Source: Callorhinchus milii
Lineage: Eukaryota
DNA length: 64,000 nucleotides
NCBI RefSeq assembly: GCF_018977255.1
Contig: NW_024704743.1
Location: 15,130,001 to 15,194,000, forward strand
Direction: 5' to 3'
Below, in pieces: positions 11,428 to 23,305 of this stretch (position 1 is its first letter; each line of letters begins with the position of its first letter). A program made the translations under genes and the position numbers. The notes under the pieces are model-generated. The model did not search any database. It was not told the DNA's origin and saw only the letters and a program-made list of their open reading frames with translations.

Positions 11428-11925
11428 AATAATAATAATCAGTGCATTTGATATAGCGCCTTTTCGAGTCCTTGAAACATCTCAAAGCGCTTCACAGAAT
11501 ATACTGTAAAGTGAATTGACTGTATATTTTGTGGGCGAAATGCGGAAATCAATTGCTCACAGCAGTGTCCCACAAACAATCGTAGATTGAATAATAACAA
11601 CCCTTGCATTTGATATAGCGCCTTATCATGTCATTGATGTTTCAAAGCACTTTGCAGAATATACTGTAAAGTGAATTGACTGCACATTTTGTGGGCGAAA
11701 CACAGCAGCCAATTGCACGCCGCAGTATCCCAAAACAGTGGATTGAATGACCAAAACTATTTATTTATTTTAAGGGCTTATTACCCCAGAAAGCGATCCA
11801 CCAATCGACTAACAACTGGGTTCCTACTTACTGCTAGGTGAACAGAGGCGTGTGGAGTAAGGAAACTTTCCAAAGGTTTCGCCCTGCCTGGGAATCAAAC
11901 CCAGGTGCTCTCGCTTACAACCACT
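11428..11925 (-). mobile_element. Two tandem SINE copies (tail only 11428-11590; long subfamily 11590-11925); other long-subfamily copies at 26085-26418 (-), 44460-44799 (-), 52603-52958 (+), 63885-64000 (+, partial)
   Basis: Same head and tail as the 9558 SINE plus a ~60-nt internal segment (cctagcagtaagtaggaacc...gatcgc). Confidence 0.85.
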
Positions 11926-13099
11926 ACTTTTGAGCAAGATAGCAGGGCGAGTTATATCTCTTGTATTTTTCCAGTGCCATACTCAAAGTGTTTCACAGGT
12001 AATTTTAGTCAAGCGTAGTGACTGTATTTATAGGCAATATAGCAGAACAATCCCACAAACAGCCCCCACCGTTAACCAGTGAGATAGCATGGTTGCAGAG
12101 ACTGAAATATCACTGAAATACAGCAACAAAGTTTTCAACCAATTCATTTTTGGCCACCATTTAAGGAACAATTTCTATGCTGCCTTTGTTTTGAACTTGT
12201 ATGACTGAAATACATTGGTTGGAATATTATGTATTTTCTTGGTAATCTGTCAGTTAAACTTTAAGAATGCAGTGATCATGTTGAAGATTTAGGAATTTGA
12301 AATAGATGTGATCCCGTATAAGCAATACTGAGGAACCTGGCAGGTATGATGTATCATGGCACAAAATTAAATAACAATTCCCATGTAAAAGTGATTATTT
12401 TAGGGCTGTAATTTCATCTCTGGATTCAGATTGATAGGAAAGAAAGAACTTTCTATTTCAGCAAATATGATAATTGAAAACCGTTTTTAAATGTTTGGCA
12501 AGGATTTATGCAGAATTTTCTTTTTCTCGTTGAAAATCACTTTGAGCAGATAAAATCTGGGCATATGTGTGCAGGGAACACTTGTGTATGCACACTATTG
12601 AATTCACATTGAGAGAAATAAGATCACATATAAAACTAAGTTTATACTACCCTATGTCATCCAATCTGGTGTCGTCCTATGCATTCATACCTTGGTCCAT
12701 ATGTTGAACATGTGGGTGTTTTTTTAAAATGTATTTTTTAGTATGTCAAAATGCTCTATTTAAAGTTCCTGTGGTGACAAATTTCTACTACATTTTTGGT
12801 GGCAAATTAGAAGAATTTGGGCAAGTTTAATTGAGCATTATAAGGCTTTTCACGAATCACACTTGTAGTTTAATGTCACCTAAGAAAACCTTCAATAAGA
12901 TTACTTTTGTAATCATTGCTGTGTATTTATTGATCTGTACAAAACATTGCATAATGAATTTTTTTTTGTTGTTGTTTCTAAACCAAATAGTTATCCAATA
13001 ATTTCATATTTATACCCTGGATTACATACTATATAATAAGTGACATACAAATCAGCCAGTCATATTACTGATGGGTTTGGCAGTTTAGTCATATGATTA

Positions 13100-14670
13100 C
13101 AACAATAACAAAATTTCATTTGTAAAGCGCCTTTAACGTCGGAAAGACGTCCCAAGGGGCTGAACAGTCAAGGATCAGGAGCCGAGTCTTGGGGGCCAGG
13201 GTTGGGATGAGAGAGGGTAGAGTGCGGAGGAAGGCACGGTCGAAAGGGAGGGTCTTGAGTCGTGCCTTGAAGGAGGCAAGAGAGGGAGCAAGGTGAAGGG
13301 ATTTGGGGATGGAGTTCCAAAGTGTGGGGGCAGAGAGGCTGAAAGCCTGGCCTTCTATGGTAGGTGGGTCGGGTGGAAGACATGGAACAGACCAGAGCCT
13401 GCTGAACGGAGGGAGCAGACAGGTTGATTGGGGTTAGCAGGTCAGAGAGATAGGAAGGGGCAAGGTCATGGAGGGCCTTGAAAGTGAGGACAAAGATTGT
13501 GAATTCTATCCTCTGAGGGATGGGGAGCCAGTGGAGCCGGGCGAGGGTGGGGGTGATGGGGTCACAGAGCCCAGTGTGGGAGAGGACACCAGCTGCAAAG
13601 TTCTGGATGATCTGCAGCTTGTGGAGGGAGGAGTTGGGGAGGCCGACAAGGAGGGAGTGTCCTTAGTCACGCCTTGAGGTGACGAATGCATGTATGATGG
13701 TTTTGGTGGCCTGACGGGTGAGGCAGTGGCGGAATCAGGCAATGTTGTGGAGGTGAGGGAATGCAAGAGCGGGTCATTGCACGAATAAGAGGAAGATAGG
13801 ACTGTTGAGGGTCAACATGACACCTAGGTTCCTGACTGGCTTGGCGAGGTGGAGTGTGCAACTGTAGATGCTGATGCTGCCAGTGCCTGAGGTGCGGAGG
13901 CAATCAGGAGGGTCTTGGTCTTGCTGACATTCAGCTGTAGAAAGTTGGCTCTCATCCAGGACTTGATGTCTGACAGATAGTCTGTCAAGACGTCAGTTGT
14001 CCTGGAATCGAGGGTGGAGGCAGAGAGAGAGAGTTGGGTGTCATTCGCGTACATGTGGAAGTTGACCTCATGTCGGCAGATGATATCACCAAGGGCGAGC
14101 AGGTAGAGAACTTGACCAGAGAAGTTTCCATGCGGTGAGCAGCACCAAAACCCGATTGGAGGGGCTTATGAAGATAGTGGTAGGAGAAGAAGGAGCGAAG
14201 CTGGGAAGCAATGACTCTTTGGAAAGAAAAGGTAGGTTGGAGATGGTAGTTAGAAAATAGAGGTGTGTCCAGGGAAAGTTTTTTCAGGATGGGCCTGATT
14301 ATAGCCATTTTTAAGAGGATGGGAATGGTGCCAGATGATAGGGAGAGATTGATGGTGTCGGAGAGTAGAGTGGCGAGGAAATGGAGCTAGGAGGTAAGGA
14401 GAGGGGTGGGTATGGGGTCAAGGAGCAGGTGAGATGAGAGAAGAGGGGGAGACAGGTTCAAAAATATGGAGGGAGTGATGGGTAGGGGTCAGAGTGTGGG
14501 GAGAGATGGGGAGGGAGTGGCAGTTAGAAGGACGAAATCCAGCATCTCCTCACAGTCAGAGTTTGACGAGAAAATGGTTGAGGCGTGGGAGGGTGGACGG
14601 AGGAGCCGGTTGGTGGTGGAGAATAGGAGCCTGGGGTTGTCCTTCGCCTTCAAGATTATCTAGAATGCGT
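13100..14670 (-). mobile_element. L2 LINE, 3' ~1.5 kb with internal deletions
   Basis: HMYANDTQL, IKSWMRANFLQLNVSKT, LHWLP motifs; 3' stem-loop and (TTG) tail at ~13100. Confidence 0.88.
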
Positions 14671-15674
14671 TATGAAAACGAAGCAAGTCAACCTGAGTCA
14701 AGAAATAAAACTCACTGCCTAGTGAATAATAGCAAGGAACCTTGATTCTCAGCAAGGCAAGTCCAACAGTGATGGATTAAGTCCTGGAGTCTTGATTTAG
14801 TCAAATGCCTTACAGCCCGGAGAGGTTGCTGAGGAGATGTTATGTGATACTGCTCATCATCTCCTCTGGGTGCCTCCTCAAGCACCCTCGACCTTCACCT
14901 CAAATGCCAAGTGGAAAGAGGTCCTGAACTTCGTCTCGAAGTTGACAACATCCTCTTGGTTGCCTCCTCTTCCTCCCCCATGATTCCCAGCAACGTCAGC
15001 CCTTGTGCTTTCTACATCATCCACTCTTTCTACCACAGCTCCGACCATTGCCATTGCCCATGCACTCTTTCACCCCCATTTCTCCGTCCTCCCTCTCAAC
15101 CATCGTTACCTATATGAAGCCCGCCATCTGCTAAGTTATTTGATGGTATTTAATTAGCACTGATAGTATCAGTGGCATCTGATTAGCACTGGTGCCAAAC
15201 AGATTTTCTTGTCAGTCTAACCTCTTTTGAAATCTGGAGGAGTGAAAAGAAAGATCTTTACGGTTTTCCCTTCTTTCATTTTCTTCTGTACCCCATCTGT
15301 GTCTTTCTTGTATTCATGCTTTTCATTGGGTTTTGAAATCAACATGGAATGTAACTGTTTCATCAGCCCCCAGACCCCAGGTTTTAACAACATATTACTA
15401 ATCAATTAAGCTGCAGTGTAAGTGTATATGGCATCTTATCCCATCTTCACCTATAATACAGAAACATCTCACTATGTTTCACTGTTCCGGATCTATGAAC
15501 CCAAATAACGGGTGAAAATGGGGCTGACATAATGTCACTTCTTGTATACTGTGTATTTTTAAGAAGTGCAGCTCATGCAATTTCCTGAAAAATGGATTCC
15601 GAGGGTGTAATTTGTTGCGCATGCACATGTGCTAGCTTTCAAATTGCCACTGGTGTCACTATGTGCGCTGTGTT

Positions 15675-16712
15675 CAAGCTGCAGAACATCCAGAACTCTG
15701 TAGCTCGTGTCCTCTCCCACACCAGGCCCCGTAACCTCATCACACCCACACTCACCCAGCACCACCATGTCCCCATCTCGCAGAGGATCGAGTTAAAAAT
15801 TCTCATTCTCACTTTCAAGGCCCTCCATGGCCTTGTCCCCTCCTATCTCTCCGATCTGCTAATCCCTTATCAACTTGAGCGCTCCCTCCACACAACAGGC
15901 TCCGTCCGAACTGCTCCATGTCCCCCGCCCGACCCGTCCCACCATCAGCGGTTGGGCCTTCAGCCTCTCTGCCCCCACCCTATGGAACTCCATCCTACAT
16001 TCCCTTTGCCTTGATCTGACGGAAGTCGGCTATTTTTTATTTGCAGGAAGCCAACCTGCCAATGCGCCAACACCACACAGTGACTACCTTGTATGATATC
16101 CACCCTTAGGGGATATTTTATTTCATTTTGATCCGTTTCTAGAGTCAGGATACTCTTCAATATATTAAAATAACCTTTTAGCCGTATCAGTTGCTCAGTG
16201 ATCTAAACCCTCTTTTTAGCTACCTCTGAGTTATTGCATACATAACAGATAACAGTTCATTGTAATTGAGTCTTTGCAAACTTACTTGAATACCTACTCA
16301 GAAAATATAAAATAAGCAGATATTTGCTATATTTTGTCCTTTCACTATACCTATTTACTGCTTTGTAATATAGCCTTAAAAACAACAAAATCTTTTGTAG
16401 AGCTCCTTTCACGTTAAGGACGTCCCAAGGCGCGGGACAGTCAGGGGTCAAGACCTGAGCATGGGGAGGGGTGGGGTAGGGGTGAGGGAAGGCAGAGAAA
16501 TGGGAGGGCGACTGAAGACACGATCAAAGAGGAGGGTCTTGAAACCAGCCTTGAAGGAGGCAAGGGAGAAAGAGAGGCGAAGGGACTGTGGGATGGAGTT
16601 TCAGAGTGTGGGGGCAGAGAGGCTGAAAGCCTGGCTTCCGATGGTAGGGCGGTTCGGGGGGAGACATGGAGCGGCCGGAGCCCCCTGAATGGAGTAAGCG
16701 GGCAGGTTGGTA
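15675..16712. mobile_element. Two L2 3' fragments in inverted orientation (15675-16012 +; 16380-16712 -)
   Basis: LQNIQNSVARVL, RIELKILILTFKALHGL and SAPTLWNS motifs. Confidence 0.85.
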
Positions 16713-17190
16713 GAAAGGAAACTCAATTGGGTTCTTTCTGTTCACCGTATTTTGGAAAGGTATGGCCTTTCCTAATCCCAACTCTAATTTAAAGTAGAAA
16801 ATTTCCATTGCAATAGAAAAATAAAAATATTTTCTTATCAAACAATACATATTAAATGTTTGCCCCAATAAAAGGGAATACATACAAGTACAAAGAACAC
16901 TATGTTGTAGTGAACTGCAAGCAGCAAGTTCCCATTTGTTTTTTTTAGAATGAAAGCTGTCTCCACATTTTCACATGTACAAATCAGAAATGTATTACAC
17001 ATATAATATCACATTTTTTTGCTTTGTACGTCTCTGAAAGTGGAGTGTGACTTAATTGGCCAAACGTTAACTAAACCACTGCCAATTGTGTTAACGTATT
17101 CTGTCTTCAATGGAGCTCCTATTAATTAATAATATTAGAATCTGGTTTGCTTTGCATATGAACTAAAGTGAATTAAAATTTTGCTTTTAG

Positions 17191-17261
17191 ATTACAGACA
17201 TTATTTGCAAGATTTGATGAAGTGCACAGGTCTGGAAACATGATATTGAGTTTCAGCCTTG
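17191..17261 (+). CDS. CLASP2: CLASP2 internal coding exon, (R)LQTLFARFDEVHRSGNMILSFSL
   Basis: ttgcttttag acceptor, G|gtaagt donor; 71 nt, phase 2 to 1; FxxFDEV and SGxMILS motifs. Confidence 0.93.
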
Positions 17262-18222
17262 GTAAGTATATAACAGTAGCTGGTACTGTATTTACTTTTG
17301 GTTTGCTGTAGTAATTTATCAGATTCTGTTATCCAAGATCAATACAATGAGTGCTGTGTCTTACAAAATATCTTATACGCAGTTGTCTTTTGCATTGTAC
17401 TGGCTCTGAGGAAACATGCTTCGCAAAGCCAGGCAGTAATCCAAGGCTCCTGCAAATGAGCTCTTATTGTTTAAGTAGATAGGTAATTGCTTTCCAGATA
17501 AGCATGATAAAATGTAACCAATGCTTGATTACGTTTCATATTTGTTATCTGAAATAGTGCATTATTTATGTGAATTTCTAAACCATATCACAGGACTTTA
17601 ACTCTTAGATTGTTGATATTTTGATAAATTACGCTATTAAAATTAGGTGGTGTTATGGGTGCTGATTTAAGAAAAACCTATTAATGGACTGTAGAAACAA
17701 AATAAAGAGCTGTTTTTGTTTTCTCCTTATTGTTACGATGTGGAATGCCCTACCTAGAATCGCGTTTGAGGTATAATTCATATTAGTCTTTAAGGAGGAA
17801 TCAGATAAATATCTGGAAAGGAGAAACTAAGAAGGGCATAGAAAAAGGCTAGAATAAATGGATAGTTCTTTTTGAGACCCAGTGCAGATACAATGGGCCT
17901 TTTGTCCTTTTTCTGTATTATACATTTCTATTGTATCTTTGATTGTCGATGTGCGTTGGGACATGAGCTCTGTTAATCTGTTCATAATTTTTTTAAACTT
18001 TGGAAATGTTTTTCTTCTGTAACATTGACTTGCAACTGTTGGGAAAATCAGAAGGAATATTTATATTTGGTTAAAATAATTCATTAATGCTACTGTACTG
18101 ATTTGAAATAGCTACCTGTGGTAAAATTGATTGAAATCATGACAATAATTGATTCTGTACAAATATCTATTCTTGTTGACTTTTAACTTATGAATAAGAC
18201 AAGTCACAAGGGCCTGATGGCA

Positions 18223-18906
18223 TTGAGGTCAAAATAGATTATTGGGATACAGCAAAGAGGTTTCTGAAACTATGCTATTTGTTAACCTTTCAAAAAATGG
18301 GTAACATGATCTACATAATATTCTGGTAGGCTTGCGGAAATGTATTGCATTCATAGATTCTCCACGAAAGAGAGGCTTCTGAACCAATCATTAATCCTTT
18401 TTGAGATCCCTGCACTCCAATGCTATTAGTTCCTCCTATGTATGTTTATCTAATGAATGTGATGTCTTGTGTTTCCGATTTGAAGCCTTGGTCACTCAGG
18501 GGCTTCATTAGCCTTGTATCATTTTGTGCAAACACATCAGGCCAAGTCTCTTTATTATCATTTCAACCAGCAATGTGATACTTCCTTTGCTGCTGGAATT
18601 GATTCACTGATGACTTTACAAGCAATTATATTGTAGCCTTGGAATCTGGATCAGACTGGTAAAGAATTCCTAGTGGAGACCGCCCACAATTTAGCACTGA
18701 ATCAGAAATCTCAGCGAGGATTAAAGAATGGCTTGTGTGGGACGTTAGAAAATGTTAACAAGCTTGTGCATTAAATCTCTTCTGAATTTGAGGTTAAAGT
18801 AGATTATTAGGACACAGTAAAGAGGTTTCTGTAAATATGCTGTTTGTTAACCTTTCAAAAAATGGGTTACATGGTCTACGTAATATTCTGGCAGGCTTGA
18901 GGAAAT
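18223..18906 (+). repeat. ~119-bp local direct duplication (18223-18341 and 18788-18906)
   Basis: Ungapped alignment, e.g. tttgttaacctttcaaaaaatggg in both copies; 565-bp spacing. Confidence 0.9.
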
Positions 18907-19449
18907 AAGAGGTCGCTCAATCAGAGCTAGCTTTTGTGCATTGCATGCAAAATAGTTCAGTAATGGCAATGTTTGGTTGCCAAACTATCTTGGCTCAATT
19001 GATAGCACTCTTGCCTGTTGGCCAGAATGTTGTGGATTCAAGTCCTGAGTTTGATTTGAGCGCCTCATTTATAGATGCTTAAATCCAATACATGGGAGAG
19101 CTTTACATTGTTGGAGGTGCTGTCCTTTGTATGAAAATTTGAACTGAGAACCATTTCGTAACTCGGATGGATATCAAATTCTATGGCACTGTTTGAGAAA
19201 ATACAACTGAGTTTCTCCCCCTAGCCTGGTCAGATATCCTCTAGATGAGTGATTCATCTAATGTCTGTTCAACATTTTGCTGGTGGAAATAGCTGCATTT
19301 GCAGAAGAAAACAGTTACTATATTTTACAAGTCCTTGTTAAAGACTTTGAAATTTTTGGAAGTAATAGGTGCTATAAAATGCACATTTTTTTCTGTCTTT
19401 TTCTCTTGTATAGGGGAGGGGAAAGTCGTAGGAACAAAATGTTTGATTT

Positions 19450-19910
19450 AACAACAACTACTACAATTTACATTTGTATAGCGTCCTTCACATCGGGAGG
19501 ATGTCCCAAAGCACTGGACAGTCGAGGATGTGCACCTGAGCTGGGGTTTAGGATCAGGAGGGGTGGGGTCAGGAGGGTTGGGGGTAAGAGGGGGACCAAA
19601 GGCGCGGTTGAAGAAGAATGTCTTGAGATGGGCCTTGGAAGAGACAAAGCAGGGGGCGAGACATAGGGACTGTGGGTTGGAGTTCCAGAGGGTGAGGGCA
19701 GAAAGGCTGAAGGTCCGACCACCGATTGTGGGGGTGGGCAGGCGGTGTGGTGCAGGCCAGAGTCTCCCAAGTGGAGTGAGTGGACAAGCTGGTATGGGGT
19801 TAACGGGTCACAGAGATAAGGAAGAGCAAGGCCGTGGAGGGTTTTGAAAGCAAGGCCTAGGATTTTGAACTCGATCCTCTGGGGGATGTGGAGCCGAGCG
19901 AGAGTGGTGG
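19450..19910 (-). mobile_element. L2 LINE 3' fragment
   Basis: Homologous to the other L2 3' ends; tail at ~19450-19520. Confidence 0.8.
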
Positions 19911-20179
19911 TGATTTAAACCTAGAGTGATAGAAAATTTTGATTATGTAAATCCCTGGGCAAGTACACTGCTTTATAACTAACATTACTGTATAGTACAT
20001 GGAATACAATCCAAAATATGCTTCTGGTTTAATTGCAAATGCTGCACAGGATATTGTCTCAGATGTCCACCTCTAAAGATGTAATGGTGTAAGAGGGCTT
20101 ATGGTTTACATAGGATATTCTAGGCCTGATTTGGTTTTAAAAAAAATAGAATAACCTAGTTATGTTACTAATTCAACCA

Positions 20180-21074
20180 GAATTTTCCGTGACTCCTCTC
20201 TCCCGCCCCCCTTGTTTGCTGTGGGCTGATTTGCATTCATTTGGTCTCATTGATTTCTCTGTTCTTGTTCAGCTGTCATAGTTGATGAAGCTCGAAAGCT
20301 GGATTGCTTTGTGATTTCCTCCACAAAAGGCACATTGCACATTCATTGCACCTGCGCAGCTCGGCGACTTGTGTCGCTGTCTCCAGTGGATCCAATCTGT
20401 GTAAAATGTTGCGTAGCTTCCTCAGCACTGAAGCCTTGGATTGTTTTTGATATGTTGTTTACACAGCTTAATCAGATACAGCTTTTTTAAAAATAAAGCA
20501 GGGGCTGTTCAGAAAAAAATATGTGTTTGTACACAGCTGTGGACATTACAAATCTAGGTTAAAATTTTAAATAAACTCTTAATATGCAGATAAACTGTAA
20601 TCTTGTAGCCATGTGACTTTTCTGATTACGTGGAGCATCTGTGGGGAATACAGATTACTGAACATGTGTCTTGTGTTGTGGTGGTTGCCTTAAGAGTCTC
20701 TCTGTCGGAATCTTGTCATCTATGAATAGAAATAGGAAGAGTTCTGTATATCGTGTGAAACCAGTTTATCAGAAATCTGGAAAATCATTGTTTAGCACTG
20801 CCAAATCGGGTATCTGGAGCAGCCTCGACATTTCTATTAAAGGCAGTGAGAGATTCTTACACAAAACCCTGTGAGCAGAGGGACTTTTATTCTGAACTTT
20901 TCTAACAGCTGTTGGCTATTGCAGTGTGGAACTGCAGATCTGACTAGGTCACAGCATTTTGCTTATCTCCCTCTTGGTGCACTGGAGATAGCAGCACAAG
21001 CTGCAGTTACAGTACTCAATTGGTTCAGCATCTGATGTGACATTTCTTTCACAAATTCAAGCTTTTTCAGGAAT
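20180..21074 (+). promoter_or_regulatory. Putative internal promoter/5' UTR region of the gamma-like isoform
   Basis: No recognisable TE directly upstream of the MAMDD exon; GC box (ctcccgcccccc ~20200) and octamer ATTTGCAT (~20229). The TSS cannot be determined from sequence. Confidence 0.45.
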
Positions 21075-21587
21075 ATGGCCATGGATGATGGTGAGTAGCA
21101 ACAAAAAAAATCTTTCTTTAATGTTCAAGACAGTAATATTCAAGGATAGCTGCTCTGTACTCTGCTCCTTTTTTGTGTAGAGCTATTGTACATAGTGGGG
21201 AAAGGGGAAGAAGAAAGAGTGATTGTTATGGTTTCTTTTGTAGCCAGATTATGTTCACTATAGACAGAAATCTAATCTGTAACAGCTCTAAGTGTTATTG
21301 AGTTTTCCTTTTGTTTACTGATTCAGATGGCTGTTTTGACAATGGAACGCAATGTTTTTTTTCAAAATGTTCTCAGGCAGGATTTTATATTTTGAAAAGT
21401 TACTAGCTTGGTTTGCTTTATTCAAATTCAGTTGGTACAGAGGCTGGTCTTGTGTTGTGGTGGTTTCCTTAAGAGTCTCTCTGTCACAATCATGTCATCA
21501 AGGAATAGAAATAAGAAGTGTTCTGTATGTCGTATGAAACCGTTTATTAGAAATTTGGAAAATCTTTGTCTACCACTGCCAAATCGG
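20668..21587 (+). repeat. ~140-bp direct duplication (20668-20809 and 21447-21587) flanking the gamma-like exon
   Basis: gtcttgtgttgtggtggtt.ccttaagagtctctctgtc...cactgccaaatcgg in both copies. Confidence 0.9.
21075..21090 (+). CDS. CLASP2: Alternative start exon, coding part MAMDD(D); CLASP2-gamma-like N-terminus
   Basis: gaatATGGCCATGGATGATG|gtgagt: strong Kozak contexts and a phase-1 donor. Joining to 47337 gives MAMDDDKSFDDEESVDG; recalled mammalian CLASP2-gamma begins MAMGDDKSFDDEESVDG. Confidence 0.85.
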
Positions 21588-22694
21588 ACATGTTTAGCGA
21601 GTAAAAACAGAAGTAATAGTTTTCACAGAATTCTGAGATTTTAAAAAAAAATCTCCTGGTCATTAATTGGCTTAGTTGCTTTCTCAAGATCTATTTGAGG
21701 AATCCCTTTATCTCTAAAATCTCAAAGTCAAAACATTGGGTATTTGAAATCTAAATCTATAAAAATTGTATGAGAAAAGTTCTGTCTTGCTATTTTGGGG
21801 AATGTTGCCAAACTATAATTGCAACCCTCATAGATGAATCTTTTAAATAAATGTAGTTTGTTACATTATATTTAGTTTCACACGGTTCATTTTTTATCCT
21901 TTTAGTTATTGCTGTTTTTTGCAATTAATGCTCTACATCGTTCCTAGATTTTGTTCTAAATGTTGAAGTCCACACATAGTGAAAGAAAACAAGCCTAGTT
22001 TTGTGTTACAGCTTCCTATGTTTTTCTACCTTTGAATTTATGGGTCTGTTCTTATTTCTGGCTACTGTTCCCTTGAGTGGACTGCCCTGTTAGTAGAAAC
22101 TCATCATTCATTTGTGTCATCAAGAAAAGCAGTGCTTCACACAAGGTCAGCTGATAAATGTAGAAGCTTTGTGAATTGATGTCAGGAATGATTTGCAGCA
22201 CAGGATTGTACTGTATTGGTGTAATTTAATTGCAGAGTACTATATCAATATAAAACCCAGATGCCAGCTCGTCTAAGCTTAAAAGAACTTGAGAAACTAC
22301 GTTGAATGCGGGCTTCTTAGCGTCTGCTTGCTGGATCATTTTGTATGTATACTAGAGACTTCCAATTACACCCAATTTGTGAGCCAAATTTATTTTACAA
22401 AAAAACATTGTTGTAACACGGTTGGTTGGATCCAGTGTCTCACTGACTGAGTTATAAGAGATGTGGGGGGAAAATGGCCGACTTCTGAGTTGCCAGGGTG
22501 CTGCTGACATAACTTCCTGCATGTGGTGCACGGGAAGTGATGTTAGCGTACCTTGTGCATATGCACGCAACACACCGGTTACTGGAGATGATCCAGAAAT
22601 TGGTCATTATTAAGCATGGGAAGCAGGCTAGTCAGTGCCGGAAGCCAGGTATACAGCGCTTCAGGTTAACACGGGTTCACAGATGATCCATGTT

Positions 22695-23305
22695 ATAATA
22701 GGCTGGACTATGGGAACTCTCTCCTCGCCGGTCTTCCCGGCACCTCTGTCCACAAGCTGCAGGTCATTCAGAACTCTGCAGCTCGTGTACTGTCCCGCAC
22801 CAGGCTTCACGACCACATCACTCCCACCCTCGCTCGCCTCCACTGGCTCCCCATCCCCCAAAGGATCGAATTCAAGATCCTCATTCTCACCTACAAGGCC
22901 ATTCACGGCCTTGCTCCCTCCTACCTCTCTGACCTACTATCCCCCTACTTACCTGCCCGTACCCTCCGTTCCTCTGGCTCCGGTCTGCTCCACATCCCCC
23001 GCCCCAACCGCCCTACCATCGGTGGTCGGGCCTTCAGCCTCTCAGCCCCGAGGCTCTGGAACTCTATCCCCCAGTGCCTTCGCCGCGTCCTCCCTTTCCT
23101 CCTTCAAGGCCGGTCTCAAGACCTTTCTCTTTGACCGTGCCTTCAGCTCCCCTCTCGACTCTCTTCCTCCTCCTCGCTCCCTCCCTTCCCTCCCCTCACC
23201 CTGACCATTTCCCCACTGACCCAACTGTGCAGCGCCTTGGGACGTCCTCCCGACGTGAAAGGCGCTCTATAAATGGAATCTTGTTGTTGTTGTTGTTGTT
23301 GTTGT
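22695..23305 (+). mobile_element. Young L2 LINE 3' end
   Basis: [34 protein letters not shown]; intact 3' stem-loop at 23231-23266 and (TTG)n tail. Confidence 0.9.

Noticed and set aside
20281..20300. ttgatgaagctcgaaagct as a hammerhead core
   Set aside because: Lacks CTGA and has no stem II or flanking helices.
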